A stretch of DNA of 64,000 nucleotides from the NCBI RefSeq assembly GCF_009914755.1, contig NC_060927.1; one strand, written 5' to 3'. Under the pieces are notes generated by a model, which was given only the letters and a program-made list of their open reading frames with translations, made no database searches and was not told the DNA's origin. The translations under genes were made by a program, and so were the position numbers. Position 1 is the stretch's first letter. Each line of letters begins with the position of its first letter. This stretch comes from the human T2T-CHM13v2.0 reference genome, Homo sapiens. Positions 60,272-64,000 of this stretch are shown here, one piece after another.

Positions 60272-62398
60272 AGAGGGGCTGCAAGACGGCTAACTAGGTA
60301 CATCTGGAACCTGCCACTTTCACAAAAAGGAATCAAAATAGCAAGTAGATAAACACACTTCAAAGAGATCTTTTAAGAGAGAATAGTGGAACTCAGCAGA
60401 GAAGTGACAGAAAACACGTAAAGTAAGGAACGAGAGACAAGCAAGGCAGCCTGCTTGGCTAGGATAGACTGGAAACCTGGAATAGCTCCCCAATCTGGGG
60501 AAAGGGTAAGTGAATGACCACCAGGGGTTCACATTCTCACTGAAAACTCCTACAGTCCTAGTCATGGGACAGCCCTGAGACTAACATAAGAAGCCCCTGG
60601 GAGATCATGGAATGGCATTGCTCCAGAGAAGCAGCTTCCATTGAATCCCACAGACTGCCAAGTTTCAGGCAGCTATGGCATTGCACCATTCTGAGCATCC
60701 AGCCCCTACCAGACTGCATCCTGGTCTGGGGTAAAACAGCCCCTGCATCTCCACAGCTCCAGATCCCCATAGACATTCCTTGCCCACACCCACCTTTGCT
60801 GCCAGCAGCTGCCACCAGGGCCAAAGTGGGAGCCACCGGCAGCAATGAAACCCCCACAACAGAGGGGCAGCATTAATGAGAGTCTACCCTATCCACAGCC
60901 ACTGCTGCTGCTGACTGCTGCTGCCACCAGGCCAAAGCACAAACCACCCCATCCCTCCAGCAGGACAATCATATGTTTGTAAATGCTCTGAGGACAAATG
61001 CAACTGCTACTCTGGGCTGCCACTATCAGGCACAAAGTGTAAAAGAAGCATATACCTCCAGCTGCCTGTCTATGGCTATTTCCACAGAAATAAATCCTGT
61101 ACAATGCAGTAGCAGGGAAACAGCACAGCTGCTGCTGTCCCCACCTGAACCTTCTGCTGGTAGCCTGGAGATCATCCCACCTCTGTCTACCACAGCTAAC
61201 ACCTGCACACACTTCCAAGGGGCCTGGCAACAGGTCTTCCAAGCCGAGTCTGCCTCCTAGTACACAAACATGCTATCTTGGGCCTGGGGATCACCCAGTC
61301 AAATCCACAACCACTAGCACCTAAACACTCCTCCCAGAATACTGAGAATAGGCTACAACCTCAATCTGCTGCAACCACCACAGCTGACACCTGCTACATG
61401 TGCCATCTATGGGCCTGGGAACTGGGCCACTTAGCCCATCACAACCACTGCCAACACCAATACACACTGCTTGGGACACAGAGGTTGTCCTACCACTGCT
61501 ACTGCCACCACCAAGACAATACCTACTGCCTAAGGACTTGAGAATCCACCCATCTGCCCAGTCCACTGCTGTCATTCTTGGCACCTGAGCAAGGTATCCA
61601 GAGGCCCAAAATCGGCCTACCTGGGCCTACTAATATTGGTGTCAGCACATGCCATCCTGGGAAATAGCAACAGGGATGCTTGGTGCAGTGTTGCATCACT
61701 GAGGCCAAATGGCCCACCAACCTGGTATCCTAGTCTCCAGTAAAACATCATCACAGCCACTAACAGTAAATATGCACTCTAAGCCACTAAGAAAGTCAGA
61801 GACACCACTGACTCTGTTTATAGCCAAAGAAATCATATTGAGACTACACTACAGCAAACCCAGAATCAAAGCTAAAGTGCAGTGCTCTATTCAACCAATA
61901 CCATAAATATATCTTCAGGAGAATTCATCCCCTATAAAAGCAAATTCAAAAAATTGGAAGAAACAGCTGTTACACTCGGTGTGCAGATATCAAAGTAAGG
62001 ACACAAGAAACATGAAAAAGTAAGGAAATATGACACGTCCAAAAAAACAAAATAATTCTCCAGCGACTGATTTCAATCAAAAAGACATTTACAAAATCCC
62101 AGAGAAAAATTCAAAATATTTTCATAAAAGAAGCCCAATGACACATGAGAGAATATTGAAAACAGTACAAATAACTCAGGAAAACAATTCAGGATACAAA
62201 TGAGAAATTTGTCAAAGAGATAGAAATCATAAAAACGAACAAAATAGAAGCCCTGGAACTGAAGAATTCATTTAATGTAGTAGAAAATATACTCAAAAGT
62301 GTCAGTAATAGACTAGATCAAAGAAGAAGAGAAGAATCTCAGAATGTGAAGACAGATCTTTTTAAATTATCCATTCATATAAAAATAAAGAAAAAAGA
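60272..62398 (+). mobile_element. Old L1 (L1MA/L1M1-M2-like) 5'UTR and start of ORF1
   Basis: ggggctgcaagacggctaactag start, long C-rich 5'UTR with gctgccaccagg repeats, ORF1-like atgaaaaagtaaggaaatatgac (~61992) and ctggaactgaagaattca. Confidence 0.8.
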
Positions 62399-64000
62399 GG
62401 AGAGGGGCCAAGATAGATGATTGGAAGCAGCTGCAGTCTGCAGTGTTCATGGAGCGGAATGAAAGGAGGGAGTGAATTCGGCACTTTCAACTGCCATATC
62501 CAGGTTCTTGCATTGGGACTGACTAGGAAAACAGCTCAACCCAGGGAAAGCAAAGAGAAGCAGACTTGGGTGATTGCCCACCCAGAAGCAACATGGAGCC
62601 ATGAGAATCCTACCCTGAGCCAAGGGAAGCAGTGAGTGATTTTGCAACCCACTCTTGGAAACCATGCTTCTCTCACAGATCTTTGCAACCTGCATATCAG
62701 CAGATCCACTTGTGAGCCAACACCACCAGGGCCTGGGGTCCAATACATGGAGCTGTGTGGAGTCTTGGCAGAGGGAACAGTTAGGCACACACAAAAACCC
62801 AGGAGTTTTGCATACTCTGGTCCCAGACTCCACTACAACATGAGAGATTCATCTGTGCATGACCCTAGGAAGGAGGCTGAGTCCAGGGAGCCAAGCGGCA
62901 TTGTTCTGCAGGCTCCACTTCCACAGCACCTCATGGGTTGAGACTCACTGGCTTGGATTTCCAGCCAGCCAGTAGCAGCAGATGGAGTTGGCCTGAGTCA
63001 GGACCAAGTTCCCAGGGGGAGGGGTGGCCACCATCTGTGTGGTTTGGTAGACTCACTCATTTCAGCCTGTGGGCTTTGGAGAATACAAATGGTACAGACG
63101 ATTAAGAGTTTCACCTCAGTGGAGTGCACCTGCTCTACCAAAGGGAAGCCAGACTGCTTCTTTGGGCGGGTCCCTGATCCCATTTCTCCTAAGTTAGACC
63201 TCCCAGCAGGGGTCTCCAGCCACATCCTATAAATGCATTTAGACCAGCAACAGGTCAGTGCCCGCCCTGGAACAGAGCTTCCAGAGGAAAGAGCAGGCTG
63301 CCATCTTTGCTGTTTCACAGGCTTCACTAGTGATACCTCCAGGTATGGAAAAAAACCGGGGCAACTAGGGTCTGGAGGGGGCTCTAGGCAAACTGCAGCA
63401 GCCCTATGTAAGAGTGGCCTGACTGTTAAAAGAAAAACAAACAAACAGAAAACAACAACAACAAAGCAACCCCACAAAATCCCATTCAAAAGTCAGCAAC
63501 CTCAAAGATTGAAGATAGATAGGCCCATAAAGATGAGAAATAATCAATACAAAAATGCTGAAAACTCAGAAAGCCAGAGTGGCTCTTCTTCTTGAAATGA
63601 CCACGAAACCTCTCTGGCAAGGGCACAAAACTGAGCTGAAAGTGAGAAAGTTGAATTGACAGAGTACGCTTCAGAAGGTGGGTAATAGCGAATTTTGCTG
63701 AGCTAAAGGACCATGTTGTAACCCAATGCAAACAAGCTAAGAATTATGATAAAACAATATAGGAGCTAATGGCCAGAATAGCCAGTTTGGAGAGGAACAT
63801 AACCAGCCTGATGGGGCTGAACAAGAAAACACAAGATCTTCACAATGAAATCTCAAGTATCAATAGCAGAATAGACCAAGTGGAGGGAAGAATCTCAGAA
63901 CTTGAAGATAATTTTTCTGAAATAAGATAAGCAGATAATAATGGAGAAAAAAGAATGAAAGGAATGAACAAAATCTCAGAAAAATATGGCATTATGTAAA
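62399..64000 (+). mobile_element. Primate L1 (L1PA13-L1PA16-like) 5'UTR and ORF1 start, nested in the older L1 ORF1, running off the window
   Basis: ggggccaagat...gaagcagctgcagt start, ORF1-like atgagaaataatcaatacaaaaatgctgaaaac at ~63533, aatagcagaatagaccaagtggag. Confidence 0.85.

Noticed and set aside
60558-63731. Dense overlapping ORFs on both strands
   Set aside because: Stop-poor GC-rich L1 5'UTR sequence, not genes.

Overview
Primate (most likely human or other hominoid) AT-rich, repeat-dominated intronic or intergenic DNA. AluY, AluS/J, L1PA4-L1PA16, THE1/MST and MLT1 elements are all present. I find no intact protein-coding gene or convincing coding exon. Main contents: (1) a near full-length, disabled processed KRT8 pseudogene on the minus strand (1-1782); (2) a full-length, mutated L1PA4-type LINE-1 (10373-16500) inserted into the A-tail of an Alu, retaining the 129-bp ZNF93-target segment and an open endonuclease-domain ORF; (3) an old U6 snRNA-L1MB 3' chimeric retrocopy (40516-41516); (4) a twin-primed, 5'-inverted L1PA4 (44871-45420); (5) a CR1/L3 ORF2 fossil split by an L1 that itself carries an Alu; (6) nested L1 5' ends at the right edge; (7) many solo LTRs, MIR/L2 and hAT remnants. 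Almost all ORFs in the supplied track are repeat-derived or antisense shadows. The least explained structures are several perfect or near-perfect short palindromes that look like template-switch scars (1889-1922, 7024-7057, 44557-44578, 48189-48204), one of which builds a triple AP-1 cluster, plus a few non-repetitive motif clusters that could be enhancers. I cannot support a new biological system from this sequence. Repeat subfamily names come from recalled consensus diagnostics, not from a search, and boundaries of old repeats are approximate.
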